From an uncultured Alphaproteobacteria bacterium (GTDB taxonomy: Bacteria > Pseudomonadota > Alphaproteobacteria > RF32 > CAG-239): a stretch of 58,796 nucleotides of DNA. The translations under genes and the position numbers were made by a program. The notes under the pieces are model-generated. The model was not told the DNA's origin. It saw only the letters and a list, made by a program, of their open reading frames with translations, and made no database searches. Below are positions 17,443 through 27,108 of this stretch, piece by piece (the stretch's first letter is position 1; every line of letters begins with the position of its first letter). The DNA lies in contig CAMAJR010000002.1 of assembly GCA_945835885.1 (NCBI GenBank), positions 1-58,796 on the forward strand, in the 5' to 3' direction.

Positions 17443-18324
17443 CTAAACAACATTTTCATCATTTTTGTTTGATGCTTCTTGAGAATTTTTTAACATAATA
17501 AATCTGTTTTTGTCAAACCTTCTTTTATTATATGTCCCACGCAATATGGCAATTTTATCGCTGAGTTCGTCTTCCGAAGGATACGACGGCTCGGGTTGCG
17601 CGGGCGCGTCTGTGACGGTTGCGGCCGTTTCTTGGCGCAGCTGCAACAGCATAATGCGCTTGAGCCAATTTTCGTGTTTGAAGCGATGGCTCAAATCCTC
17701 ATCGTCTTCGTGGTCAATATCTAAACTTTCGCGTTCTTTCGGACTGAAATTGTAGTCATAACCGAGATTTTGCAAAGATTTTAACATACAATAAATCGGT
17801 TTGGCACGCTCAAATTCTTCGCGGTCAGTCGTGATACCTTTTTCATCGCGCGTATAATTGGTTATCAAATCACGAATTTCACGCAAACGCAAAACATTAA
17901 GCACAATTTCATCAATGAGTGTTTCATCATCAGATAAAGCGGTCTTCATAAAGCAGTATGCGGCAAACAGCGTAAATTCGTAACGGTCAATTTTTTCTAA
18001 AAAGTCTTGTCTTTCTTCATAATCTTCGTCAGTAATATACCCATCGTTCATATGCTTCATAACTTCGGCGGCGTTGTTCATAACGTCGTGATAAGTTTCT
18101 TCCGGCGAATTTTTGACGCAACTCATAGTCAGCGCGTGTGCCAACATCTGCATAATTTTGTGCTTATCGTAGGAGTCATCGTTAAATTCTACCGTGTAAT
18201 CATCGGGTGCTAAAATAACCTCGCGTAAAATTGTTCGTGCATTGTAGCGACTAATGTTCGGAAAGCATTTTTCCGTTGCGTTATACATAGAATCGAAATA
18301 TTTGCAATTTTCGTAGCGTCCCAT
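17443..18324 (-). CDS. Hypothetical acidic protein (293 aa)
   Basis: ORF starts 2 nt after the stop of the upstream TerB-like gene. Cytosolic and Asp/Glu-rich (DIDHEDDEDL). No motif recognised. Confidence 0.6.
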   Translation of the reverse strand: MGRYENCKYFDSMYNATEKCFPNISRYNARTILREVILAPDDYTVEFNDDSYDKHKIMQMLAHALTMSCVKNSPEETYHDVMNNAAEVMKHMNDGYITDEDYEERQDFLEKIDRYEFTLFAAYCFMKTALSDDETLIDEIVLNVLRLREIRDLITNYTRDEKGITTDREEFERAKPIYCMLKSLQNLGYDYNFSPKERESLDIDHEDDEDLSHRFKHENWLKRIMLLQLRQETAATVTDAPAQPEPSYPSEDELSDKIAILRGTYNKRRFDKNRFIMLKNSQEASNKNDENVV

Positions 18325-18326
18325 AA

Positions 18327-18761
18327 TTATCTTTCTTCAAAAATGACTTTTGCCTGTTCAAGCCAAATAATATGGTCGATGACCCAATTACTGATTTGTT
18401 CGATTTTTTCCATTTCGACACCGAGTGCAATACCGATTTTTCCGATAAACAAGGTTTCTTCATCTGAAAGAATGTTGTCAATGTGCGAAAGCATACACAT
18501 TTCACGAATCAGTTCTAACGCCAAATGACGGTTTTTGATGATTTTGACATCTTGTAAAATTTTTTCTTCACTAAGAGTTTTGAGTTCCTCTAAATTTTCA
18601 ATGCCTTGTGACTTGGCAGCATCAATGAGAAAACCGAGTTCATTGTCGTCGGTAATCCCGTCAGAATCGGCAAGATGAAACAGAACTCTGAAGAATACCG
18701 TTTTTTCTTTCAATGTTGCCGAATCTAAATATGACGGCAGAATATTGTTGGTTGCGGACAT
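18327..18761 (-). CDS. TerB-like (tellurite-resistance TerB / DjlA N-domain fold) protein
   Basis: 144 aa counted from the ATG behind an AAGGAG SD. Two copies of the TerB-like pattern (FFRVLFHLADSDGITDDNELGFL and ELIREMCMLSHIDNILSDEETLFI). Confidence 0.6.
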   Translation of the reverse strand: MSATNNILPSYLDSATLKEKTVFFRVLFHLADSDGITDDNELGFLIDAAKSQGIENLEELKTLSEEKILQDVKIIKNRHLALELIREMCMLSHIDNILSDEETLFIGKIGIALGVEMEKIEQISNWVIDHIIWLEQAKVIFEER

Positions 18762-18894
18762 ATTTTCTCCTTGTTTTACAAACGTATGCACATAATATAT
18801 ACATTCCACGCATTTTGCAACAGAAAAAAATGTTGAAAAAAAATACTAAGTAGCGTATGGATTATATATTGTTAATTTTTGAAACGGAAGAAAA

Positions 18895-20229
18895 GTGTCG
18901 GAGAAATATTTTATCAAAACTTTCGGCTGTCAGATGAATGTGTATGATTCGTCGCGAATTGCCGATATGCTTAAAAATGAGGGCTATGAAGAAACTTTAA
19001 AACAGCAAGATGCCGATATTGTGTTGTTTAATACTTGCCATATCAGGGAAAAAGCGGCGGAAAAACTGTTTTCGGATTTGGGACGTGCGCATTTGATTCA
19101 ACTTGAGCGTCTCGAAACCGGTAAGCGCACGATTATCGGGGTTGTCGGATGTGTGGTGCAGGCAGAAGATGCACAGATTATTAAACGTGCGCCGTTTGTG
19201 AATTTTGCATTGGGACCTCTAATGTATCATAAAATACCGGAAATGTTGCGTGAAATCAAACAAAACAAAAAAAGCGAAAGTGTTGTTAACACCGAATTTC
19301 CGGCAGAAAGCAAGTTCGATTATTTGCCGGAGAACAGGGCGCAGGGTGCGTGCTCTTTTTTGGCGATTCAAGAAGGTTGTAACAATTTTTGCACATATTG
19401 TGTTGTGCCGTATACGCGCGGGGTGGAATATTCACGGCCGGTGGCAGATGTGCTTAAAGAAGCACGGCGACTTTTGGATACGGGGACTTTGGAAATCAAT
19501 CTTTTGGGGCAAAACGTTAATTCGTATCACGGTGAAGATGAAAACGGAAAAGAGCGCGATTTGGCTTATTTGTTGCACCGCGTTGCCGAGCTTGACGGGA
19601 TAAAGCGTATTCGTTATACAACCTCTTATCCGGCAGATATGAATGATGATTTAATTGCTTGTCATAAAGATATTGCCGTGCTGATGCCGTATTTGCATTT
19701 GCCGATTCAATCCGGCTCAGACCGAATTTTAAAGGCAATGAACAGACGGCATACAGCGGGTGACTATTTGCGAATCGTCGAAAAATTGAAAAAAGCCAAT
19801 CCGAATATCGGTATGTCATCCGATTTTATTGTCGGTTTCCCTGATGAAACAGATGAGGATTTTCAAAAAACACTCGATGTGGTTAATGAGGTGAAATATA
19901 TTCAGGCGTTTTCGTTTAAATACAGTCGCAGAGCAGGCACGCCGGCAGCCGTTATGCCAAATCAGGTGGAAGAAAAAATTAAAAAGGAACGGTTGGAAAT
20001 CTTGCAAAATCTGCTGTTTGATTATCAGACCAAGTTTAATTTGAGCTGCGTCGGAAAGATTATACCGGTGCTTTTGGAGCAAAAAGGACGGCATAAAGAC
20101 CAACTTATAGGACGCACACCATATATGCAAAACTTGCATGTTGAAACAAACAGTGCTAATATGAATAAAATTATCAATGTGAAAGTGGTGGAGGCAACCA
20201 CCAATTCTCTCAGCGGAAAGGAGATTTAA
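18895..20229 (+). CDS. miaB: tRNA-i6A37 methylthiotransferase
   Basis: 444 aa. UPF0004 N-domain (FIKTFGCQMN), radical-SAM CNNFCTYCVVP and a TRAM C-terminus. GTG start. Confidence 0.95.
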   Translation: MSEKYFIKTFGCQMNVYDSSRIADMLKNEGYEETLKQQDADIVLFNTCHIREKAAEKLFSDLGRAHLIQLERLETGKRTIIGVVGCVVQAEDAQIIKRAPFVNFALGPLMYHKIPEMLREIKQNKKSESVVNTEFPAESKFDYLPENRAQGACSFLAIQEGCNNFCTYCVVPYTRGVEYSRPVADVLKEARRLLDTGTLEINLLGQNVNSYHGEDENGKERDLAYLLHRVAELDGIKRIRYTTSYPADMNDDLIACHKDIAVLMPYLHLPIQSGSDRILKAMNRRHTAGDYLRIVEKLKKANPNIGMSSDFIVGFPDETDEDFQKTLDVVNEVKYIQAFSFKYSRRAGTPAAVMPNQVEEKIKKERLEILQNLLFDYQTKFNLSCVGKIIPVLLEQKGRHKDQLIGRTPYMQNLHVETNSANMNKIINVKVVEATTNSLSGKEI

Positions 20230-20231
20230 CA

Positions 20232-21212
20232 ATGGCGGAAATTTGTTTTGAATTATTTAATAATCAATTAGTGCAACAGCTTGTCGGGGAGGCCGACGGT
20301 AATTTGCGTCTGATTGAAAAAATGCTTAATGTCGAGATACTCAGTTTCGGTAATCAGATTACGGTAAAGGGAAGTTCAAGCGATGTTGAAAATGCCAAGA
20401 CGGCAATTGAAATTTTATATAACAAAGTCAGCCGCGGTGTTGATGTCGGTGAACAAGAGGTCAAAGCGGCTGTCAGAATGAGCGGTGATGTGCATAATGA
20501 AGACGACAGAAACAACTTGACCGATATTGTGCTTAAAACCAAAAAACGCTATATTTATCCGCGTTCGGCCAACCAAGCAAAATATATTCAGGAAATGATG
20601 AAAAATGAGCTTGTCTTCGGTTTGGGACCGGCCGGAACCGGTAAAACCTATTTGGCGGTGGCATTGGCGGTTTCAATGATGTTGGAAGGCACGATTGATA
20701 AGATTATCTTGTCGCGTCCGGCGGTGGAAGCCGGTGAAAATCTTGGCTTTTTGCCTGGAGATTTAAAAGAAAAAGTCGACCCGTATTTGCGCCCGCTTTA
20801 TGATGCACTTTATGAAATGCTGCCGGCCGAACAGGTGGATAAAAAATTGGCATTGGGCGAAATTGAAATCGCACCGCTTGCATTTATGCGCGGACGCACA
20901 CTTGCCAACTCGTTTGTAATTTTGGACGAGGCGCAGAATACAACGCCGATGCAAATGAAAATGTTTTTAACCCGTTTAGGCGAAAATTCGCGGATGGTCG
21001 TCAACGGCGATTTGAGTCAGGTTGATTTGCCGCGCGGTGTGCTTTCCGGTTTGCGTGACGCACTCGAAACGTTGAAAAATGTTGACAATATCTCGTCCGT
21101 GACATTTGGCTCGGAAGATGTGGTGCGACACGGCTTGGTTGCTAAAATCGTCAAGGCGTATGAAGAAAAAAGCAAGCGCACCCAAGAGGCGGCACGTTAC
21201 GAAAATGCCTGA
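20232..21212 (+). CDS. phoH: PhoH-like ATPase
   Basis: 326 aa. Walker A GPAGTGKTYLA, ILSRPAVEAGE.LGFLPGD and ILDEAQN motifs. Conserved position between miaB and ybeY. Confidence 0.94.
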   Translation: MAEICFELFNNQLVQQLVGEADGNLRLIEKMLNVEILSFGNQITVKGSSSDVENAKTAIEILYNKVSRGVDVGEQEVKAAVRMSGDVHNEDDRNNLTDIVLKTKKRYIYPRSANQAKYIQEMMKNELVFGLGPAGTGKTYLAVALAVSMMLEGTIDKIILSRPAVEAGENLGFLPGDLKEKVDPYLRPLYDALYEMLPAEQVDKKLALGEIEIAPLAFMRGRTLANSFVILDEAQNTTPMQMKMFLTRLGENSRMVVNGDLSQVDLPRGVLSGLRDALETLKNVDNISSVTFGSEDVVRHGLVAKIVKAYEEKSKRTQEAARYENA

Positions 21213-21726
21213 GATTGTATTAGATACGGTTGTTGAGGACGCACGTTGGTCAACGGCAATCGAAAGTATTGAACAAGTGGCGGAAAAAGTTAAATCCGCC
21301 GCTTTCGGTTATTTGCAACAGCACGAGAATTTAGAATTTTTGACGGCTGATAAACCGCTCAAAATCAATATCTGTCTGAGCGATGATGATACCGTGCAAG
21401 GCATAAACAAAGAGTTTCGCGGGCTTGATAAACCGACGAATGTTTTGTCTTTCGCCAATTTGGATTTTGATAATTTTGCAGCCGAAAATGAACCGTTTGA
21501 TGAAATTGAACTTGGCGATATTATCGTGGCGTTTGAAACAATGACGCGAGAAGCTGACGAGCAGGAGGTGACGCTTTATGCTCATTTTTGCCATTTGCTG
21601 ACACACGGTTTTTTGCATCTTTCGGGTTATGACCATCAAACACCTGATGAAGCAGCTTATATGGAAAATTTGGAAAAAGAAATTTTACAAATTCTCGGCA
21701 TCGCGAATCCGTATGAGGAGGAATAA
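21205..21726 (+). CDS. ybeY: rRNA maturation endoribonuclease YbeY
   Basis: 173 aa counted from the ATG overlapping the phoH end (ATGCCTGA). Zinc motif HLLTHGFLHLSGYDH. The longer table ORF (21106) lies inside phoH. Confidence 0.92.
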   Translation: MPEIVLDTVVEDARWSTAIESIEQVAEKVKSAAFGYLQQHENLEFLTADKPLKINICLSDDDTVQGINKEFRGLDKPTNVLSFANLDFDNFAAENEPFDEIELGDIIVAFETMTREADEQEVTLYAHFCHLLTHGFLHLSGYDHQTPDEAAYMENLEKEILQILGIANPYEEE

Positions 21727-23510
21727 TGGCTAAAAAAGCAGGAACAGCCAAAGAAAATGCAAAGAAAAAAACGGCTGAAAATACAACTACAAAAAAGACA
21801 TCAACTAAGAAAACAAGGGCGAAAACTGTCGCAAAAAAAACGGTAACGAAAAAGGTTGAGGCAAAAAAGGCGGTTGCGAAGAAAACGCAACAAGCAGCGC
21901 AAATTCAAAATGCGGCGGAAACAAAATCGGCTAAAAAAAATCTGTTTGAAGCGGAGTTTTGGCGTGAAAAACTCGAAAAAACAGCAACGCACCCGAAGAC
22001 GACGGCGCTGTTGTTAGGTGTGCTATTGACGGCCGCTTTGCCGCCGTTTTATTACACTTTAGCACTGTTTGCGGCGTTTGCAACGGTAATGTTTTTAGCT
22101 TGTCGAATCGAAAAAATGCGCACGCTTGCGGCTGTCGGTTATTGGTTCGGATTCGGTTATTTTGCATCCGGTTTTTATTGGATTGGTAATGCTCTGTTGG
22201 TTGATGTTGTCAAAACCGGGTGGTTGTATCCGGTGGTTCTTTTCTTAAACGGGGCATTTTTCGGGCTGTTCACGATTTTGCCGTTTATGGTAACAAAGTT
22301 CGGCAGAAATGTGATAACAAAATCGATGCTTTTTGCGGCGATGTGGTGTTTGGTTGTTGAATGGCTGCGCAGCTTTATTTTGACCGGTTTCCCGTGGAAT
22401 CCCATCAGTTCGGTGCTGACATTAAACACGGAGTTGTTGCAGATTTTGGCTTATGTCGGCACAAACGGTGCGTCATTGATTTTGGTGTTGTTGGCAACGC
22501 TGCCGGCTGCTTGGCTGCTTAAACCAACTCGGCTAAGATTTTACGGTATCGGTTTTTTGGTGCTGGCTTGTTGGGCAATGCTTTGGATTGGCGGCGGACA
22601 TGTTATCGAAAATCGTCCGAAAATTACCGACGGTGATTCCCTGGTTGTGCGTTTGGTACAGCCGAGTATTCCGCAGACTCTGAAGTGGAATCGGGAAAAA
22701 TTAGAACAAAATTTGCAAGAATATATCGAATTGAGTAACGCAAAAGACAACAGTTTTGTTGATTTTGTGATTTGGGGCGAAACAGCGTATCCGTTTGATT
22801 TGATGTTTGATGTGAAGCATAATCGCCGGATTACGTCGATTGTGCCGTCGGGCGGTTATTTGATTACCGGTTTTTTACGTCGGGTTGATGACGGGTATCA
22901 TTATACGCCGTATAATTCGTTTGGCGTGGTTAATCGAAAAGGGGAATTGGTCGGTTGGTATGATAAAAATCATTTGGTGCCTTTCGGTGAGTATATTCCG
23001 TTTCGAGAATATTTGCCGGCGTGGATAAAGCCGGTGACAAACGTGGTGGCACAATTCGGACGCGGCGAAAAGTTTAAAACGCTTCAAATCGGTGATATGC
23101 CGGCATTTGCTCCGTTGATTTGTTATGAAATTATTTTTTCTGACGATGTGGTGCTCAAAGGGGAGCAAAAACCGGCTTGGGCAGTGGTGCTGACAAATGA
23201 CGGATGGTATGGTAACAGTGCCGGTCCGTATCAGCATTTAGCTGCGGCGCAAATGCGCGCGGTTGAAGAAGGAATTACCGTTGTGCGCAGTGCCAACAGC
23301 GGTATCAGCGCAGTTATTAATCCGTATGGCGAAATCAGGGCACGCATTCCGCTCGGTGCAAGAGCGGCGGTTGATACGTTGGTTAAACCGAAAGAGGCGC
23401 GACAAACGCTGTTTGGACTATACGGTAATAAAATTTCGCTTGTGATGAGCGGTGCATTGATTGTGCTTGCGCTTTTATGCGGCTTGTGTTCACGACGGAA
23501 AAAATCTTAA
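21726..23510 (+). CDS. lnt: Apolipoprotein N-acyltransferase with N-terminal Lys/Ala-rich extension
   Basis: 594 aa. C-terminal CN-hydrolase domain (VIWGETA, NSF....G....YDK.HLVPFGEYIP, PLICYE) preceded by TM helices. The first ~80 aa are AKKT/AKKA repeats. The ATG overlaps the ybeY stop (TAATG) after a GAGGAGG SD. Confidence 0.92.
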   Translation: MAKKAGTAKENAKKKTAENTTTKKTSTKKTRAKTVAKKTVTKKVEAKKAVAKKTQQAAQIQNAAETKSAKKNLFEAEFWREKLEKTATHPKTTALLLGVLLTAALPPFYYTLALFAAFATVMFLACRIEKMRTLAAVGYWFGFGYFASGFYWIGNALLVDVVKTGWLYPVVLFLNGAFFGLFTILPFMVTKFGRNVITKSMLFAAMWCLVVEWLRSFILTGFPWNPISSVLTLNTELLQILAYVGTNGASLILVLLATLPAAWLLKPTRLRFYGIGFLVLACWAMLWIGGGHVIENRPKITDGDSLVVRLVQPSIPQTLKWNREKLEQNLQEYIELSNAKDNSFVDFVIWGETAYPFDLMFDVKHNRRITSIVPSGGYLITGFLRRVDDGYHYTPYNSFGVVNRKGELVGWYDKNHLVPFGEYIPFREYLPAWIKPVTNVVAQFGRGEKFKTLQIGDMPAFAPLICYEIIFSDDVVLKGEQKPAWAVVLTNDGWYGNSAGPYQHLAAAQMRAVEEGITVVRSANSGISAVINPYGEIRARIPLGARAAVDTLVKPKEARQTLFGLYGNKISLVMSGALIVLALLCGLCSRRKKS

Positions 23511-23610
23511 AAATCTCAATTAATTTTGCATAGCGTGAAAGTCATTAACGGTTTTATAAGCAAAATGTTTTATGACTTATTGTTGTATATACAATTTTAG
23601 GAGATATTTT

Positions 23611-24417
23611 ATGAAAAAATATATTGCAGAATTATTCGGAACATTTGTTTTAGTGTTTGTCGGCTGCGGCACGGTTGTCTTTTCTGATGCCGGTGTGGTC
23701 GGTATTGCTTTGGCATTTGGTTTGGCGCTTATGGCGATGGTTTATTGCATCGGTCCGGTTTCGGGCGCACACGTTAATCCTGCCGTAACGCTCGGCGTAT
23801 TGTCGGCCGGTCGGATGGGACTTAAAGATGCCATCGGCTACATTATTTTCCAATTTATCGGCGCAACATTGGGTGCGGCCGTTTTGTATTATATGCTTGA
23901 ATGCAAAATCAACGGTTATAACTTCGAAATCGGCGGTCTCGGCCAAAACGGCTGGGGTTTGAATTACGGCGGCGGCTATGATTTGATTCCGGCGATAATT
24001 TTTGAATTTATTGCAACTTTTATCTTTATTAAAGTTATTCTAAAGGTTACCGAAGGCGATTTGAAAATTGCCGGTGTGGTAATCGGTTTAACGTTGACCG
24101 TTTTGCATATTTTGGGCTTGAAAATTACCGGTGTATCGGTAAATCCGGCGCGCAGTTTCGGTCCGGCATTTTTTGTCGGCGGTCAGGCAATGGCACAACT
24201 TTGGATGTTTTTAATTGTGCCGTCTGTTGCCGGTATTTTGGCCGGTGTTTGTTCACGTTGTTGCTGCTGTTGCTGTGGCGGTGCGTGCAAACTCGAAGAA
24301 AAAGCATCGGCTGCGGTTGAGGCAAAATCAGAAGAAAAACCGGTTGTGCACCACAGACGCATTCCGGCTCACCGTGGTAACCCGCGCAGAAACGCAAAAC
24401 CGCAAAGCAAAAAATAA
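23611..24417 (+). CDS. aqpZ: Aquaporin Z (MIP family) with Cys-rich C-terminal tail
   Basis: Two NPA boxes (HVNPAVT, SVNPARS), AELFGTF N-terminus and AGGAG SD. About 45 aa longer than typical AqpZ, with CSRCCCCCCGGAC followed by a charged tail. Confidence 0.92.
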   Translation: MKKYIAELFGTFVLVFVGCGTVVFSDAGVVGIALAFGLALMAMVYCIGPVSGAHVNPAVTLGVLSAGRMGLKDAIGYIIFQFIGATLGAAVLYYMLECKINGYNFEIGGLGQNGWGLNYGGGYDLIPAIIFEFIATFIFIKVILKVTEGDLKIAGVVIGLTLTVLHILGLKITGVSVNPARSFGPAFFVGGQAMAQLWMFLIVPSVAGILAGVCSRCCCCCCGGACKLEEKASAAVEAKSEEKPVVHHRRIPAHRGNPRRNAKPQSKK

Positions 24418-24437
24418 TTATTTGCATAATTTGAAAA

Positions 24438-24466
24438 AGCTCTGTCGCTCGGCAGGGCTTTTTTGT
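24438..24466 (+). terminator. aqpZ intrinsic terminator
   Basis: GCTCTGTCG/CGGCAGGGC stem (two G-U pairs) followed by TTTTTT. Confidence 0.65.
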
Positions 24467-24474
24467 TTCGGCAT

Positions 24475-24512
24475 AAATAAAAAAGACATCGGTTGAAAGG
24501 ATAAGACCGATG
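24475..24512 (-). terminator. topA intrinsic terminator
   Basis: On the minus strand: CATCGGT, 12-nt loop, ACCGATG, followed by TCTTTTTT. Confidence 0.55.
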
Positions 24513-24638
24513 CCTTTCTTTGTGCTCTTTTTGGTAAAGAAATTTTGAAAGGAGATGAGCACTCAATGACTATAATGTTATAAAAGCATACAACTGCGTC
24601 AAAAAATGACGTATATTTTCAAAATCGATAAAAATGGT

Positions 24639-27104
24639 TTATTTTTTTGCCGTAACGATTTTGATTGCTTCTTCTTCGGTCAGCTCACTCGGCGCATATC
24701 CTTTCGGAATGGCATAATTGTTGCGACCGCATTTGAGATACATACCGTAGCGCCCTTTGCTCAAAACGATATCTTCTTTGGTTTTCGGGTGTTTGCCCAA
24801 AACTTTCGGTTCCGGCTTTGCGACAGCGTGTTCCAACATTTCTGCGGCGCGTTCGGCGGTTATGTTGAAAATATTATCGGTGCCGGTTAATGATTTTGAC
24901 TTTGTGCCTTGCTTGATGTATTGACCGAATTTGCCGATATTGACTTCAATACCGTTACCTAAATTCCGCGGTAAAGAAATGAGAATTTCCGCTTGTTCCG
25001 GTGTCAGTTCTTCCGGCTTGACAAACTTTGGTAAAGTGACGCGCTTCGGCTTTTCGGTGGTGGCCGTCGCATCTTCGCCGAGCTGAACATAAAAACCGTA
25101 AGGACCTTTTTTGAGGTAGATATTCATACCGTTGTGCTGTCCCATTTGTTTGTTTTCGTTTTGAAGCGGACGAATTGCCGAATCATTGGCGTCTTTTTGT
25201 TCTTCTTCCTTCGTGTCGGTCAGTGGTTTGGTGTAGTTGCATTCCGGATAGTGCGAACACCCTAAAAAGGCACCGTATTTCCCGAATTTTATACTCAAAC
25301 GCCCATCGTGACATTGCGGACAACTGCGCGGGTCAGAACCGTCTTTACGCGGCGGAAACAGGTGCGCCGAAAGTGCTTCGTCAATGCGGTCGATAACTTC
25401 TGTCAGTTGCAACGGTTGGACGCTTTCCACCGTTTTTATAAACTTGCTCCAAAAGCCGCCAAGCAGCTTTTTCCATTCCATATTGCCGGCAGAAACGTCA
25501 TCGAGATATTCTTCAAGCTGTGCCGTAAAATCGTATTCTACATATTTTTTGAAGAAATTTTCCAAGAACACGGTCACAATACGTCCGCGGTCTTCCGGAA
25601 TAAACCGCAACTTTTCGACTTTGACATATTTACGCTCTTGCAATACGGCGATAATGCTGGCATAGGTTGACGGACGGCCGATACCGAGTTCTTCGAGCTT
25701 TTTGACTAAACTTGCTTCGGTAAAGCGCGGCGGCGGCGTGGTGAAGTGCTGTGTCGGTTTAATCTCTCCTTTGGTCACTTTTTCACCGGCCTCGACATTC
25801 GGCAGAATGACGTTGTCATCGTCTTCATCGGAATCGTCCTTGCTTTCTTGATAGAGCTTTAAGAAGCCGTCAAATTGAATGACTTGACCGGTGGCACGCA
25901 GAAGAATTTTTTCATCGGCAGATTTTGCATCAACCACAACTTTATCTAAAATTGCCGGATTCATTTGACAAGCAACGGTACGTTTCCAAATCAGCTCATA
26001 AAGTTTGTGTGCATCCGAATCGAGTTTGAGTTCCATTTTTTTCGGGGTATTCATCACGTCTGACGGACGAATTGCCTCGTGCGCTTCTTGCGCATTTTTG
26101 GTCTTATTTTTATATTCTTTGGCGGTTTTCGGTAAATATGGCGCACCAAAATATTTTTCAATTGCCGCACGGCAGGCGTTTATGGCGTCTTTTGACAGGT
26201 TGACCGCATCGGTTCTCATATAAGTGATATAACCGTCTTCATAAAGTTTTTGCGCCACTTGCATTGTTTTTTTTGCCGAAAATCTGAGTTTGCGCGCTGC
26301 TTCTTGTTGTAAGGTTGATGTTGTGAACGGCGGCGCCGGATAGCGACTGGCCTTTTTGCGCTCAACATTATCGATATGAAAATCTTGCGCTTCGATTTTT
26401 GCTTTGGCATCAGCGGCTTTTTCGGCAGTGTTAATCGTGAATTTCGCTAATTTTTTGCCGTCGAGGTTGATGAGGTGTGTCAGCATTTGCGCGTTGTTTT
26501 GCGTCAACAGGTTGACATCAACCGTCCAATATTCTTCCGGCTTAAATTTTTCGATTTCGGTTTCGCGCTCGCAAATCAGACGCAACGCCACCGATTGCAC
26601 TCGGCCGGCCGATTTTGACCCCGGAAGTTTGCGCCACAATACCGGTGAAAGCGTAAAGCCCACCAAATAATCAAGGGCACGACGCGCCATATATGCACTG
26701 ACCAAATCTTGATCAATTTCACGCGGATTTTCGATACCTTCTTTGACAGCGGATTTTGTGATTTCGTGAAAGACTACGCGCTCAATTTTTTTGCCGTTTA
26801 ACTTCTTTTTTTCTTTCAGTTCTTCCAAAATATGCCACGCAATCGCTTCTCCCTCTCTATCCGGGTCGGATGCGAGAATGAGAGTGTCGCAATCTTTGAG
26901 TGCGGCAATAATGTCGTTGAGGTGTTTGCGACCGGCGGCGCTAAATTCCCACTGCATCGCAAAATCATGTTCCGGATCAACCGAACCGTCTTTGCTCGGC
27001 AAATCGCGAATGTGGCCGTAGCTGGCCAAAACTTTGTAATCCGAACCGAGGTATTTGTTGATTGTTTTGGCTTTCGCCGGAGATTCCACAACGACTAATT
27101 TCAT
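24639..27104 (-). CDS. topA: DNA topoisomerase I
   Basis: 821 aa. TOPRIM N-terminus MKLVVVESPAKAKTI, ASDPDREGE, active-site region ITYMRTD and a C-terminal zinc ribbon (CPQC...C..C). Confidence 0.97.
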   Translation of the reverse strand: MKLVVVESPAKAKTINKYLGSDYKVLASYGHIRDLPSKDGSVDPEHDFAMQWEFSAAGRKHLNDIIAALKDCDTLILASDPDREGEAIAWHILEELKEKKKLNGKKIERVVFHEITKSAVKEGIENPREIDQDLVSAYMARRALDYLVGFTLSPVLWRKLPGSKSAGRVQSVALRLICERETEIEKFKPEEYWTVDVNLLTQNNAQMLTHLINLDGKKLAKFTINTAEKAADAKAKIEAQDFHIDNVERKKASRYPAPPFTTSTLQQEAARKLRFSAKKTMQVAQKLYEDGYITYMRTDAVNLSKDAINACRAAIEKYFGAPYLPKTAKEYKNKTKNAQEAHEAIRPSDVMNTPKKMELKLDSDAHKLYELIWKRTVACQMNPAILDKVVVDAKSADEKILLRATGQVIQFDGFLKLYQESKDDSDEDDDNVILPNVEAGEKVTKGEIKPTQHFTTPPPRFTEASLVKKLEELGIGRPSTYASIIAVLQERKYVKVEKLRFIPEDRGRIVTVFLENFFKKYVEYDFTAQLEEYLDDVSAGNMEWKKLLGGFWSKFIKTVESVQPLQLTEVIDRIDEALSAHLFPPRKDGSDPRSCPQCHDGRLSIKFGKYGAFLGCSHYPECNYTKPLTDTKEEEQKDANDSAIRPLQNENKQMGQHNGMNIYLKKGPYGFYVQLGEDATATTEKPKRVTLPKFVKPEELTPEQAEILISLPRNLGNGIEVNIGKFGQYIKQGTKSKSLTGTDNIFNITAERAAEMLEHAVAKPEPKVLGKHPKTKEDIVLSKGRYGMYLKCGRNNYAIPKGYAPSELTEEEAIKIVTAKK

Positions 27105-27108
27105 TTTT

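Noticed and set aside
21106-21204. Upstream-extended starts in the ORF track (21106 ybeY, 53298 atpB, 40349 kinase, 31908 rseP, 49268 truA, 23572 aqpZ, 47180 secreted protein, 10862 NMO, 12452 kinase, 13267 PP2C).
   Set aside because: The extensions run through the preceding gene or through intergenic DNA. In each case an internal ATG with a proper SD gives the canonical N-terminus, so I used the shorter coordinates.
21726-21990. A-rich, repetitive DNA at the start of lnt as a possible non-coding repeat array or CRISPR-like element.
   Set aside because: It is an uninterrupted reading frame encoding AKK-type low-complexity protein. It has no regular repeat-spacer periodicity.
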